From Vicugna vicugna (taxonomy: Eukaryota), in the NCBI GenBank assembly GCA_013265495.1, contig MU058475.1, positions 496,001 to 542,993 on the forward strand: DNA of 46,993 bases, read 5' to 3'. A program made the position numbers and the translations under genes. Of this stretch, positions 1 to 12,086 are shown piece by piece (position 1 is the first letter of the stretch; each line of letters opens with the position of its first letter). Below the pieces are notes generated by a model, which had not been told where the DNA came from, ran no database searches, and saw only the letters and a program-made list of their open reading frames with translations.

Positions 1-1727
1 ATTTTCAGTATTTCCTTCTGTAAAGTGGATTCGCCGGTCTTTGAGCTCTTGGCTGTTGCTGAAAGTGTTTCCTTAGCTACATCCAACTGGCAAAATATTT
101 CCTGGGCTCTTCCTCCTCGACCACGTGCTCCCTGGTACCTGGATGGCAGGTGTGGTGTCTGAGAGTGCACAGGAGCCCCTGAGAACCTGATCAATCGCCC
201 ACATCTCCCACCACGGGACTGCGGGTCAGCGAGGGACATCGGTAACTAAGAGCAAGAGCCACGCCTGGTCCTGTAGATAAAATCAGTTACAATGGAAATG
301 GTAGGAAACACTACTTTGCAACAGCAAGAAGGGGTTAAAACAGCAGGAGCCAAGACATTGGGAGTAATAGGGTGACAAGGCAGTGACGCACAGATGTCTC
401 GTCCCCTCACCTCTGATGTAGGGTTCACTGTAGACAGCGACACCAGAACAGAACCACAGGGACCCGCCCCAGCTCCCCCTGCAGCCCCGCCCCCCACCTG
501 CAAATCACTGCTGTCTCCACCCCAGAGCCTCGCTGGATGAAGATCTCACCCCCAGAAGACTCCTGTCAACAGCAGACGTGCCACCCAGTGACACACTGGT
601 CTGCCGGCACTCGAGTGCATCAGCACAGTGACGGCAGAGCCCTGAGTGAGTGGAAGGAAGCGGGGCCCTGAGTGGAGGGAGGAAAGTGGTGTGGAAGGAG
701 GCCTGGGGGGCACCCCTGTGAGGGCAAGTGATACCCCGGGAGGAGCGAGGTCCGCCGGTTTGACCCCAACCGCTTGGAAGGCCATTGCGTTTACTTTTCC
801 AGGAGGCGCGCTGAACTGGTGAGAATTAGCGGGAGGAAGAAGCTCCCTGGAAAGAACTTTCTACCAGGGCTGCAACGCCAGACAGGCTGGCTCCTGGTGT
901 GGGGGCTTCTGGTCACCCAGAGCCAGCTGCCTGGACCACTGCCTTCTGTGACAGGTGCCCGGCAGCAGCGTCCACTCCCAGATACAAATCAGAATCACGC
1001 CAAGGTGCATGTCACACATCAGCTTCCCAAGCCTCATCCCTGGGGACACAGACCCAGCGGGTCCAGGGGGGCCCAGAATTTATATTCTCAGTGAGCATCG
1101 AGAAGGCTCTGGTACCACAGTGTGTGAACTGGCAGTCTTGAGACACTTAGATAAATAATCTAAAAATGGCTCATTTCAAGGTCTTATTTTCTCTAGAGTT
1201 TGCCCTGCCCCAAGGAGAGGTCAATTATAATAATCTTTTCAAGAAAAGGACTTACTCCAGTAAGCTCGATTTGTCTCAGTGACATTTCTCTTTGAGTTCT
1301 GCATTTCGTGGCTTGAATCCCAGCACCACAGGAGGACACAGGGCACCCTTAGCGCTCTGCAGGGGAGCGCTGCACCCCCCGGGGACAGGCTCTGCGGCTG
1401 AGTGATGGCCCCCGCGCTGCAGTGCTCTCCCTGGAAAGGACGCCTGTCCTCTTCAAAGGGGGCTTGTCCTTGCCCCCCCACATCTGGACCCAGGCGGGCG
1501 GGTGAAACAGCACGGTGCCGGGACCAGAGGACCAGGGTGTGCATCTTTTGTGACCTGACCCCGAGCACATCGCCAGGCTTTCCTGAGCCCTGTTTTCCAC
1601 CTGTAAACTAAAGCGGTTGCATGCAGTGATTTTTCAGATACATTTCAATGAATTCTGAAACTGTAACAATTATCATTTTCCAAATATCTACCATGTGCAA
1701 GGCACACGAGTGGTCTCTCTCTCTAAC

Positions 1728-2412
1728 GTGTGTGTGTGTGTTTATTTATATATACAGATGTGTGCACAAATACAATGTGCGTGCATATGCATGCACGTGT
1801 ACATGCACACACATGTGCTATGTGCATACATGCCATGTTTGTATATGCACACATATTGATACACAAACCTGTGTGTATAAGTACACACGCATATATATGT
1901 GTTGAATAAAATTCACGTCTTATGGCAAGACAAGAAAAATTTAAACTCAAAAAATTCTTCTCTGCCCTTTGGCGCCCTCTCTCCCCTAACCACACACGGT
2001 GTGTCTGTGTTAAGGTGAGGACCTAACCTCCCCTGGTCAGGAACATCCGCTCAACCATAAACAGCAACATTCTCCCAGCACCAACAAGGCAGCTCCTTAA
2101 AAGGTCACATTCCTCATGACGCTTAGATCTACATTGTGTAAACTGTCAATAATACATCACTTAGTGTGCACCCCTCTGTGTCAAAAAGCTTATATAGTTG
2201 TGTCTTGATTTCTCACGGATGGAACAGCTCCTGGAGCTTTCTGCTGTGCTCTTCTTAGGTTAGAATCTTCAACTTGGCTTGAATAAAATTTTCCATTTCT
2301 TTCTTAGATCAATTAATCGTTCATCGACATACATATACACACATGCATGTAAGTATATAGCCATAACGATACACGTGCGTATGGACATACACATGTGTGC
2401 TGTGTGTATACA
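1728..2412. repeat. Degenerate alternating purine-pyrimidine (TG/CA/TA)n tract, split by the LTR at 1900-2329
   Basis: gtgtgt/atatat/acacac runs at 1728-1899 that resume at 2330-2412. Confidence 0.8.
1900..2329 (+). mobile_element. ERV1-type solo LTR (family C here)
   Basis: Starts tgttgaa, ends tcgaca. TATA-like cttatata at ~2190, AATAAA at 2282. Flanks TATG/TACA, both derivable from a TACG TSD by CpG decay. Confidence 0.75.
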
Positions 2413-3005
2413 TCCTTCCAGGATCCCTGAAGTTGTCATTATTCTTGTTTTGTAGCTTGGAAAGTGAAGCTCGGAGCCTGCAGGCATCTTCAGGCAGGTC
2501 TGGTAGCCGGTGAGTGACTAAGTCCACAGTCAAGCCTCTTTCTCCTACATCCTGTGCCTCTGCGCTGGCTTCGCGGGGGGACCGCACTGGGAGCATGGGG
2601 CTCGGGTTAGAGTCCGCCAGCTCCCTGACTTGCTCCCAGGCTGGCTGCGGGGCCTGGAGGGGCTCTGTGTTTTGAAGCTGCTGTAGTGGCTGCCTGGCCG
2701 GTTGGACCCTCAGCTGCCTCTTCCCTTCACGGCACTGGCACCCTGTGGTTTCTGCTTTTTGTTAACTCTGTGTCCCTCCCTTTGGGTCCTCGCCTGGTTT
2801 CTCACTCCGTCGACCCGCCCGTGTTCCCAGCTTGAGGGAACAAGGAGGGACTGAGGCTCCTGGTTCCCACCTGGAGCGGACCGCATCCTCTCTGGGGCTG
2901 AGCTGAGCCTGCCCCAGACTCCATTCCTTCCCGGTTCCCTTGCACAGGTCACAGTCCACAGCTGCGTCCAAACTCGGCAAGGCTTTGGGGCTCTTTAGAA
3001 AGCTC

Positions 3006-3119
3006 GGAATATGAAAACTAATATATGTATGTATATGCATGACTGGGACATTGTGCTGTGCACCAGAGATTGACACATTGTAATTGACTGTACTTCAATT
3101 TTAAAAAAAGAAAAAAAGA
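3006..3119 (+). mobile_element. Short 5'-truncated young L1 3' tail with poly(A)
   Basis: gctgtgcaccagagattgacacattgtaattgactgtacttcaat plus A-tail. 9-bp TSD agaaagctc at 2997-3005 and 3120-3128; ttt/agaa endonuclease-type site. Confidence 0.85.
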
Positions 3120-3529
3120 AGAAAGCTCCATGCTCTGCCTCTCACTGTCTCAGGGGCTCCCCAGCTCAGCCTCACAGTGCACACCCTGCACCCCATCTCT
3201 TGCAGCTGGCTTCAGACTGCTTTGTCCACCCCTTGCCCGCAAGGAGATAGCACAGAGCCCCTCCTTTGTGCCCACCTGCACCTGGGTGGCTGACTTCAGT
3301 CTCTCTCTCAGCTGACACCCCATGGCCCCAGGCTCCCCTACCTGACCTTCCCTACCTACCTCTCACTGCACAGGAGGGGAAGCTGAGTTGTCCCTCCAGA
3401 CTGACCGTGACATCCCCCAGGAGAGCACTGGCATCTTCCACCAGGACCATCTCTCCGCCCAAACAACTCCAAGTAGCACAGAATCTAAATCAGAGCAGCG
3501 GTCTTGCTGTGTGAGTGCAAGTTCAAGGC

Positions 3530-4700
3530 AATCTCATCTAAGTGGCAAAGATCAGAAAGTCTGATTACAGACTGAGTGGGTGAAGATGTGGGGAGAGAGC
3601 CCCTCATACATAACTGGTGAGTTTGCAAGTTGGATACACTTCCAAGGAGAGCAATTTGACAGCATGTATATATCAGAAGGTCAAAGGCAGCTACCCTTTG
3701 ACCCCAGCTGCTCCACAGCAGTATATCCATTTGCTGTTGCTTCTATAACAGATCACCACAAACTGAGTGTTGAAAGGAACACAGAGGTTTCGTCTCACAG
3801 TTCTGTAGATCAGGAAGTCAGAAGATTCAGCTGATTTCTCTGCTCCAGGCCTCAGGAGGCAGAAATCGAGGAGGGTGGAGGCCTGGCCTCTTGTGCAGAG
3901 GCTCTGGGGGAGAACCTAGCCCCAGGCTCATTCAGGTTGCTTGCAGAATTCAGTGCCAAGAGATCGCAGCGCTGAGGCTCTGTGTCCTTGCTGGCTGCGG
4001 GCCAGGGTTCATTCTCAATTTCCAGAGGCGGCCCGCCTTCCCGGGCTCATGACCCGCACCGTCCTCACAGCCGGCATTGGTGGGTTGAGTCCTTCTCATG
4101 ATTCCCATCTCTCAGGCACCCTCACCTCCCCCACCTCCAGCTGGAAGAACTTCTATGATTTTCAAGGCTCATGTGATTAGACTGTAGACCCAGGGAATCC
4201 TGGATAATCTCCTTTTCTTAAGGGGCAGACCATAATTTCATCAGCAAAGTCCCTTTTACCACATAACGTAACACAGCCACAAGTACCAGGGATTAGAGAC
4301 GAGCAACTTGGGAGAAGACAGGGGTCAGCCTACCACAGCCGCACTCTTGCAAAACGAGGAATCTGCTAGAATACTTGTCATAGCAAAACAGCGACACAAC
4401 CTGAGGGTGAATCAGTAAGCGCTGGTGTAGAAATTACGGTTTATACCATGAGATATGCTCTGCAGTTGTTAAAAAGAAAATGAATTGCTGTGAAAAGATC
4501 TCATTCTTGTATTTGGTGCAACAAGGAAGCATGCAAGTGCTACTATTCGTCTGAAGAAAGAACATACAGCTGTGTTAAATACTTAACATACCATATACGT
4601 GCATGTGTGTACGTAACTGTGTAAATGCCACACGGTATATTTTGAAAAGATACACAGAAACTGTTGACAGTCGTTGTCTGGTGAGAGGGGAGATGGGAGC
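3530..4700 (+). mobile_element. Ancient L1 (L1ME/L1MC-like) ORF2 3' end/3'UTR remnant, interrupted by an MLT1
   Basis: Degenerate motifs gcaatttgacagcatg, ccctttgaccccagc, gcagttgttaaaaagaaaatga on both sides of the MLT1; boundaries approximate. Confidence 0.55.
3720..4337 (-). mobile_element. MaLR LTR, MLT1E-like
   Basis: ataacagatcaccacaaactgagtg, tctcacagttctgtagatcaggaagtc, ggctcatgtgattagact and terminal cagcctaccaca match the reverse of MLT1 LTRs. Confidence 0.75.
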
Positions 4701-4834
4701 CTGGAGGACAGAGCAGTCAGGACGGCGAGGGGAAGGGCCCGGAGCCAGGGGGCGGCTGCCCGCTTTCCAACCCAGCTGCGCCCCTGCCATTGGAGCTGGA
4801 GAAGGGCATCTCATACAAATAAATGAAGTGCGGA

Positions 4835-4983
4835 GGGAGGAAGATACAGCTGAGTGATAGAGTGTGTGCTTAGCATGCACGAGGCCCTGGGTTCAATCCT
4901 CAGTCTCTCCATTAAAATAAATAAATACATACATATGTACATACATACATACATCTAATTACCACCCGCCCCCAAAAAACAAA
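4835..4983 (+). mobile_element. tRNA-derived SINE, camelid vic-1-like
   Basis: A-box-like cagctgagtgatag, gcttagcatgcacgaggccctggg, B-box gttcaatcc, A/(TACA)n tail; similar to the copy at 33215. Confidence 0.8.
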
Positions 4984-4989
4984 GCCAAT

Positions 4990-5255
4990 AATATAAATGA
5001 TTATAGATATTCTCTATTATTTTTGTGTTTTCTTTATCATTGGTTTCTGATATAATCTTTATTATTTCTTTTTCTGTATATTTTGGGTTTATTTGCTCAT
5101 CTTACTCAATTTTTTAAGATGGAAATTCAGGATTTGATTTAAGATCTTTTTTTATCTGATACAGGTATTAAAAACTATAAATTTTTCCCTAAGGGCTGCT
5201 TTAGCTACAGTCAATAAATTTTGATACATTGTGTTTTCATTTTTAAAAAATAATA
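4990..5255 (-). mobile_element. Old L1 ORF2 fragment (region after the endonuclease domain)
   Basis: ORF 5152..5346 reads NTMYQNLLTVAKAALREKFIVFNTCIR, resembling L1 ORF2 [25 protein letters not shown]. Confidence 0.75.
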
Positions 5256-5579
5256 TAAATGACATGTGGAGGGTGGGGGGAGACCACGCCACATCGCTAC
5301 ACGCAGCATCTTCCCTGCGGAACTTTGGGTCCTCCTGCTGATGCATCGTCTCAGGGCGGGACTCAGAGATGGAGGTGACTTACCTGAGTCGCTGGGAGAC
5401 AGTGACGTGTAAGTCATGGTGGGCCGGGCCAACCAGGGTCTCCAGGCTTTGGATCCCGTGGCTCGTCCCCTCCCCCATCAGTAGCAGGAGCAGGCAGCTG
5501 AGAGACACTGAGCCCCTGCTCTGTTGCTTCGCAATGGTGACGGCTTACTTGGCGTTTTAGTAGCTGTAATAACAATTTT

Positions 5580-6098
5580 TGTTACCAGGTCCAAACTCAT
5601 TCTACTCGCCGCATGACAGGTCTATAAATCAGTAGACAAGGTGTTGGGCAAGAAATAGCGACTTTATTTGGAAAGTCGGCAGACCGAGAAGATGGGGGCT
5701 AATGTCCCAGAGAACCATCTTCCCCAAGTTAGAATTCAGGCTCCTTTTATACTAAAAAGGGGAGGGGCTGTGGTTGGTTGTTGCAAACTTCTTGGTGTCA
5801 GAATCCCTTGTTCTTGCAGCTGTCCACATGGGTCAGGTCGCGGTGGCCCTGTAAACCTCCAACAAGACAGATGCTATGCTATGCTCTGCAACTTTTTATC
5901 TCCGTATGAATGGAAAATTGTTATATCCTGCAAAGTCAGAGCCTTGAGAGTGGGCTTTCCTGTAGATTTCAGGCTACAGGTAACATGCTTTTACAAAAGG
6001 TGCAGAGCCGGCAGGACTGAGCCAAGGAAACAGAGCACAAGGGTTAGAGCCAAAGGCACAGATCTCATATGGAGCCAGATTCGTTCTTCCCTGTTACA
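5580..6098 (-). mobile_element. ERV1 solo LTR, family A copy 1 (possibly the cetartiodactyl MER41-like group)
   Basis: tgttacc...ctgttaca; TSD TTTT (5576-5579/6099-6102); reverse TATA ttttatact and reverse poly(A) signal tttatt; colinear with four other copies in the window. Confidence 0.9.
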
Positions 6099-7281
6099 TT
6101 TTCAGGAGAGGCCCAGTCACCCAGGGTCTCTTTCCAGCTTTTCCCTCATGTGCTCCTCTGGAACGGCCCCGGGTCTCAGGACGTGTGGGCCAGACCTACC
6201 TGAAGTGGTCTGGGTTTGCAGCCGTGCGGTGGGAGAAACAACACAGACATTTCACTGACCGAGTTTGAGTCACTTGGGTTCTGTACAGTTTTCGGAAGCT
6301 CTGAGAAATGGCCTCAGAGAAACACAAGGACCTTTTTAGAAGCAGTTACAACTGACTGCCAAGGAAAATTCTGGGCCGTGATCCTTCAAGGGGAAAATCC
6401 AGACATTCCCATGATTAATCAGAGGGGAAGTAAGGGAAAAGGAAACAGGGAATTTGTACTAAATCACTGCACTTGGAGCCAAAGCCTCAGGCTTGGCACC
6501 TGTCTCCCAGCCCCAGTTCTACCAGAGGGAGAAAAAAAGAAATCACGCGTTGAAAGTTTTCTTCTCCTTTTCTCTCTTTCTCCTGATTTCTTCTTTTTTT
6601 TCTCCTAAAGGTCAAATGTATTCTCTACGCCACCTCAAGAAACACCTGCCTTCCCGTCACAAACTGACATCACTGCTGAAAAGCGAAAGTGGAAGGACGC
6701 GGTGAACTATTTTCATGGAGGCAAGAGGAGGCGAAGAGATTTCACAGCCTTATGGGGGAGCACCAAGAGAGGCCTCACACTGCTCTGCGCTTTTCCAGCT
6801 GGGACGCAGAAAACACGCGGTCTCTTTTTTCAGTCTTACTAAGGCCCGGGTGTAGTCAGCAGATAATTGGTTGAAGAGGGCTTTTCTCACGCTGCTGACA
6901 TGTCGCAGCAACTTGGCAGGCTGTGCTGGTGTCCTGGGCACCCACGTGCCGCCGAGCAGAAGAGAAATTCCGTCTCCATATCGGGCAGTGAGTTCCCGCT
7001 TGGCAGACCCTGCTTGGCAGAGCGAAGAAAGGGCCCGGATTTTGCCCATTTACCGTCGTTTGGTAGCTGCTAAACAGAATGGGATGTAGTCTCTGAATAA
7101 GGGCTTGCCCCAGCTTCGTAGGAACTGGATGTGCCACCCGGGGACCCTGTGCTGAAAAAGCCCAGTTACTTCTAATGCAGTCGACCTGCCTGTCCCAGCA
7201 CCTGCCCAGGTCCCGGGCTCACCGACGCGCCCACCGCGGGTGGGTCACGAGATTGCCCCGGACAGTCTCCATCAGATATCT

Positions 7282-7747
7282 TGCTACCAAAGGCAAGTCT
7301 GTGTGCCCACACAAACTGAAACGTTGGAGTTTGGAGCAGAGAAAGGTTTATTACAGGGCCGAGCAAGGAGGACGGGGTGGCTCATGCTCAAGAGAACCCC
7401 AAACTCCCCAAAGGGTTTCAGCAAAGCTTATTTAAAGGCCAAGTAAGGCGGGAGGTGGGGAGAGTCACAGGTTTGTGATCAGCTCGTGCACAATCCTCTG
7501 ACTGGTTTATGTGGAGGGACAAGGGCATCAACATTATCACCCTCTAGGAGCCAGAAGGTCTGGGAGTCACATGCTCGCCATCATCAAGTAGCTAATTTCT
7601 TCCCTTTGGTGGTGGTTTTTAGCATCTGAAAAACTCAGGAAATACACCTGAGATACCATGATCTGGGTGCTTCAGAGAGGGGCTGCAGCAGAGGACATGG
7701 GGGAGGGTCTGACCCTAGAAGACCCCACAGGCTCCTTCTCGGTTACA
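7282..7747 (-). mobile_element. ERV1 solo LTR, family B copy 1
   Basis: tgctacc...ggttaca; TSD ATCT/GTCT; tttatt; colinear with 16235-16701. Confidence 0.85.
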
Positions 7748-8289
7748 GTCTGGGAGAGTTAACACAACTTCTAAAAACTTACAGGTCTCACTAGCCCTGA
7801 GAAAAACTGCTTCTGTTTGACTGGTGAGCAACAGCCAAAGCTATTTTTGGTCCCATTTCCAATGTTTGCCTAACATGAGGTAAATCACTTCTGCTCATGA
7901 GGGGTTTTCAGTTCTTCTCTCTGGAAGCTCTGTGCTGTGTGCCGGATGGACAGTTCTAGAGGCCCGGGTCCGGGGAGCACCTCAGGAGATGCAGGGAGCT
8001 GAGATGGGGGGGCAGAGGGCAACAGAGACCCCCACTCCTCTGCTCAGTGGCCAAAGAAAAGTCAAGTCTTGGCTGAGAGTTACAAGCAGAGGGAAATGTT
8101 ATTTTTGTTTCTACATCTCACAGCACTAGGGGGATAAATTTGATGATGAAAAACACAGACTTGCTGTAGGGTTACTGTGGTTGCATTTGTTTGGAACCAG
8201 ACTGCCTGTGTTCAGATCCCTCCTGGCACCTTTGCTAACTGTGGTCTTCAGCACTGGATGTCCACAGACTCTTCAGACTTCACACCAGG

Positions 8290-9170
8290 TGCTATGTGTA
8301 TCCCCACTGCACAGATTGAACAAGTAATGTAACTGAGCTGGACCCTATTGTCATCTGTGAGCACCTGACATCTGTGATGGTGCTTGTAACTGCTTAACTG
8401 TATCATGGTTTAAAGGGTTTTTCTTAGGCTCTTGTTGACCAGGGTTGGGCTGGAGGGGAGGGAGGGTTCGGTGGTCCACCCAACCCCCTTGTGGTACTGT
8501 GTGCAGGGATCATGCTCAGTGCCCTCCTCTTGATCCCAGTGCCCTGCTCTTGACCCCGGTGCTCTCCTTTTGATCCCTTGTGGTTTCCTTCTATCCTGTT
8601 GTTCAAGCTGCAGGCTGAAGCCTGCAGCAAGAGATCCCAGACCTCAGCCTTTTTAAAAGGATAAAAGCATTTACTAATCTGACTTTAAACTGCACAAGTT
8701 TTTCTCTAGAACACTTTTCCATGGAGCCCTTTCCTATGCATCCTTTGTTCTAGGTACAAGAATAATAAGAGATTCCCAAAGCCAGAGGTGAACTTCATAC
8801 CCAGCAGAGGGAAGGAGACCACTGCACCTGTGAAAACAAGAACAACTTTGCAATAATTTGTTGCTCTGCATGCAATCTCTGTGGAAACTAGCTCCACCCC
8901 TACAACTGAACTATTACTGTAAAATCTTCTGTCTTCTCTCCCCAGCAGGCTCACAGTCTTAGAGACATTAGCCCACTGTGACCTCCTTTGCCTGGCAAAG
9001 AAAGAAAGCTGCCTTTTCTACTTCATCCAAAAGTCTGTCCTTGAGTCTCAATTCAGTAAGTGGGGTCCGGAGGCCATGTTTCAGCAACAGTAAAGCTTAA
9101 GAAGGTTAATGACTTGGTCAGGATCACATAGTTAGTAAGGGATTTGATACCAGGCGGTCTGGTTCTAAAA
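8290..9170 (-). mobile_element. MIR SINE split by the LTR at 8328-9089
   Basis: tccccactgcacagattgaacaagtaa joins agcttaagaaggttaatgacttggtcaggatcacatagttagtaag, resembling the MIR core. Confidence 0.6.
8328..9089 (+). mobile_element. ERV solo LTR, family D (762 bp)
   Basis: tgtaactgag...cagcaaca; perfect TSD GTAA (8324-8327/9090-9093); U5-like cctttgcctggcaaag..aaagct with a decayed poly(A) signal. Confidence 0.85.
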
Positions 9171-9223
9171 AGAATGTAGCCAGCATGGGTACCAGGACAG
9201 TTACAATTAGATGCCTTAGTGCC

Positions 9224-9631
9224 TGTCTTAGCCCCCTGGGGCCACCATAACAAAGTGTCCAGACGAGGGGGCTTCAACAATGGGAACTTTTTTCTCTCTG
9301 TTCTGGAGGCTGAAAGTCCAAGTTCAGGGTATCAGCAGGGCAGTTTCTCCTGAAGCCTCTCTCCTGGACCTGCAGACGGCCACCTTCTTAATGTGTCCTC
9401 GCATGACCTTTCCTCTGTGGGCACACATCCCTGATGCCTCTGTGTGTGCACAAATTTCCTCTTCTTATAAGGATGCCAGTCAGATTGGATTAGGACCCAC
9501 CCAACCTAATGGCCTCATTTTACCTTAATTACCTTTTAAAACCCTGTCTCCAAATATGGTCACATTCTAAGGCACCAGGGGTTAGGGCTTCAAAATATGA
9601 ATTTGGCAAGGACACAGATTAGTCCGTAATA
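9224..9631 (-). mobile_element. MaLR LTR, MLT1B-like
   Basis: ttctggaggctgaaagtccaag, ttcctcttcttataaggatgccagtcagattggattagg, gttagggcttcaaaatatgaattt. Confidence 0.85.
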
Positions 9632-11279
9632 CCCCCGTTTCTCAGCTGAGGAAACCAAGGCACAGATCGGTTAAGTCACACAGAAAGCCCAGCATCTGGA
9701 TGTGGCAGGCCAGTTCCAGAGGCCGCTGTTCCCCCGATACCACCTTGTCTCCCCGTCTCTCATGCTGGGTCAGACCATTCCCTTCCATCATTGGTCTTTG
9801 AAGCAATGACATTGGACGCTAGACAAAGAGACTTCGGAGGGCTGGTGGAGGCCAGCCTCGGCACCCTACACCCAAGGCAAGGAAAGAAAGGAATTTCGGG
9901 AACCTAAGTGTCCTATTTAAGGTCTTACAGTAAGATCTGCGGGGAGAAAAGAGATTTCCAGGAAGCAAGACTTCCGGGTCAGGTTCTTCCAAGGGGCGCA
10001 TATATCCAGGACCTAAAACCTGGTTCTGCTAAGAGCTCAAGTCGGGAGTTAGACAGAGTGGGCTTCTAAGTGCCTCAAATGCTTCCAGCCTCCATTTCCT
10101 CAGTGAGGACCATGCATGAGGCTGGTTGTGAGAGTGACATGAGGGGGTGCACCTTTCAAGCACTTTGCATGATGCCCAGCACACGGCGGGCTGTCGACCA
10201 CTGTGAGCTCCCTGATCATGAACCCACCTCCCAGGCCCCTGGCAGGTGCAGCGGGAGGAGCCAGGAGAGTGTCAGTGCCCAGTCTGTGATCTGAATCACA
10301 GCCTCCCTGGGACCGAGCTGGCAAATGGGAGGGTGATTCTATTCCTGCCTCCAGCCTCCCTCCGGGGGTTGCAGGCAGGGCCAGACATGCAGAGAAGCTT
10401 AAAATTCCAGACGGCTTTCTTCTCTCCAGTGGTTTGCAAAAGCTGTGACTTGGAAAAGAAAGAAACTGAAACCCTGCGAGTGAGAGGGGTTAGTGGGCCA
10501 AGGTGGTGAGGGTGGGGGGTGGGGGAGGGGGAGTGGTTGATGGAAGTTTCTCGACAAAGACCCAGGTGGCACGGGCGGTGTCGCAGCTTCACTGCTGCAC
10601 TGAGGGGACAGCAAGATTGCCCTCAGAGTCTCAGAGCAGAGGGAGAGAAGGGGGCAGCCCCGGGAAACCTGTCCCTGAGGGCCGTGAGTTGTGATGGGGC
10701 CTCCCTGTGCCCCGGACTGAACAAGAGGCGTCCTGCCTGGGCCCTGGGTGGAGCCGGGTCTCCGTAGCTCCCTGACCGTGCCCCAGGGGGAGGCCCCTTG
10801 TCTCCCCTCCCAGAGGTGCCCCTCCTCATCCAGGAAGCCAGGCTGCCCTGCCCAGGGCCGCCCACGGCTCCTGGCGCTGGAACCCTAAATAAGAGCACAT
10901 GAGTACAAAGACTTGGGAAAATAACCCAGAGGTGCTCCACAGAATCCCAGACACTCTCGTCAGCGGTGTTTGGGTGCCTTCCAAGAAAGCAGCCCCGCCA
11001 TCGGGGCCTCCCCAAGTGCCTGGCACAAGCCGCAGGGCCCGAAACAGTTTCTGCTGCCTGAAATACTCATAAAACACGATTGTCGTCGGCTCGGGGCAGT
11101 GCATGGTCCTTTATTCTCTCCCATAGAAGGTGGGTAAAAATAATGACACAAAATAAGATGATTGTAATCACAAGTTCCATCAAAGTAACAATTTAGCCAA
11201 GATAGATTGAGAAGCAACCAGATGTCAGACCACGCTGGTCACTGCAGAGGGGTCCAGGATGGACGTGGCTTCCACTCTA

Positions 11280-11575
11280 TCCATTCATTCATTCTTTTCT
11301 TTATTCAGTCCATAGGCATCTGTTTGGTGCCTACTGTCAAGCACTGTGCCAAGGTCTGGAGTCTCACACACTATGATGCAAACATACATGAACATGATAC
11401 GTGGTTTGACAGATGAACAAAGTACCAAGAGAGCGTAGAGAAGGGAGTTAATCCTGACTTGGGAAACCAGAGAAAACTTCCCAGAGGAGGCAACACTTTG
11501 AGTTGGTCTTAAGTGATGCTGGACTTTTAGTGCCAAGAGATGGAGAAGAGCCGCAGGGACAGAGGAAAGTGAGGG
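11280..11575 (-). mobile_element. L2 3' end remnant
   Basis: cattcattcatt start, gtgcctactgtcaagcactgtgccaagg, aaaacttcccagaggagg. Confidence 0.6.
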
Positions 11576-12086
11576 AGTAAGGAGGAGCAAATCTGGCTGC
11601 ATCTTAGATCTGCTCCTTCGGCTCTAACCCTGTGCTCTGCTTCCCGGGCGTGGGCCTGCACCTTTTGTAAAAGAATGATGCCTGTAACCTGAAATATAGA
11701 GGGCAGCCCGTTCCCTAGGCTCTGACTTTTAAGGGTGCAAAACTTTCCCATTCACAGAAAGATTTTAAAAATTTGCAGAACAGAGAATAACATTTGTCTT
11801 GTGAGAGGTTCACAGGGACCCCGTGACCTGACCCACGCGGACGGTGGCAAGAACAAAGGGTTCCGACACCAAGAAGTTTGCAGCAACCAACCACGCCCCC
11901 TCCCTTTCTTAGTATAAAAGGAGCCTGAATTCTGACTTGGGGAAGATGGTTCTCCAGGACATTAATCCCCCATCTTCTTGATCTGCTCGCTTTCCGAGAA
12001 AAGTCACTGTTCCTTGCTCCAACACCCTATCTCCAAATTGATTGGCCTGTCAGGCGGAGAGCAGAATCAGTTTGGACTCAGTAACA
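11576..12086 (+). mobile_element. ERV1 solo LTR, family A copy 2
   Basis: Homologous to copies 1,3,4,5; TATA tagtataaaag; ends ggactcagtaaca; 5' end and TSD degenerate. Confidence 0.85.

Noticed and set aside
5668..6258. 196-aa ORF with apparent paralogs (RIQAPFILK; 14362, 21886, 29491)
   Set aside because: These are antisense translations of family A LTRs with inconsistent frames, not a gene family.
10504..10540. G-quadruplex-capable G-runs (also 14779 and 25148)
   Set aside because: Common in GC-rich mammalian DNA, with no context suggesting function.
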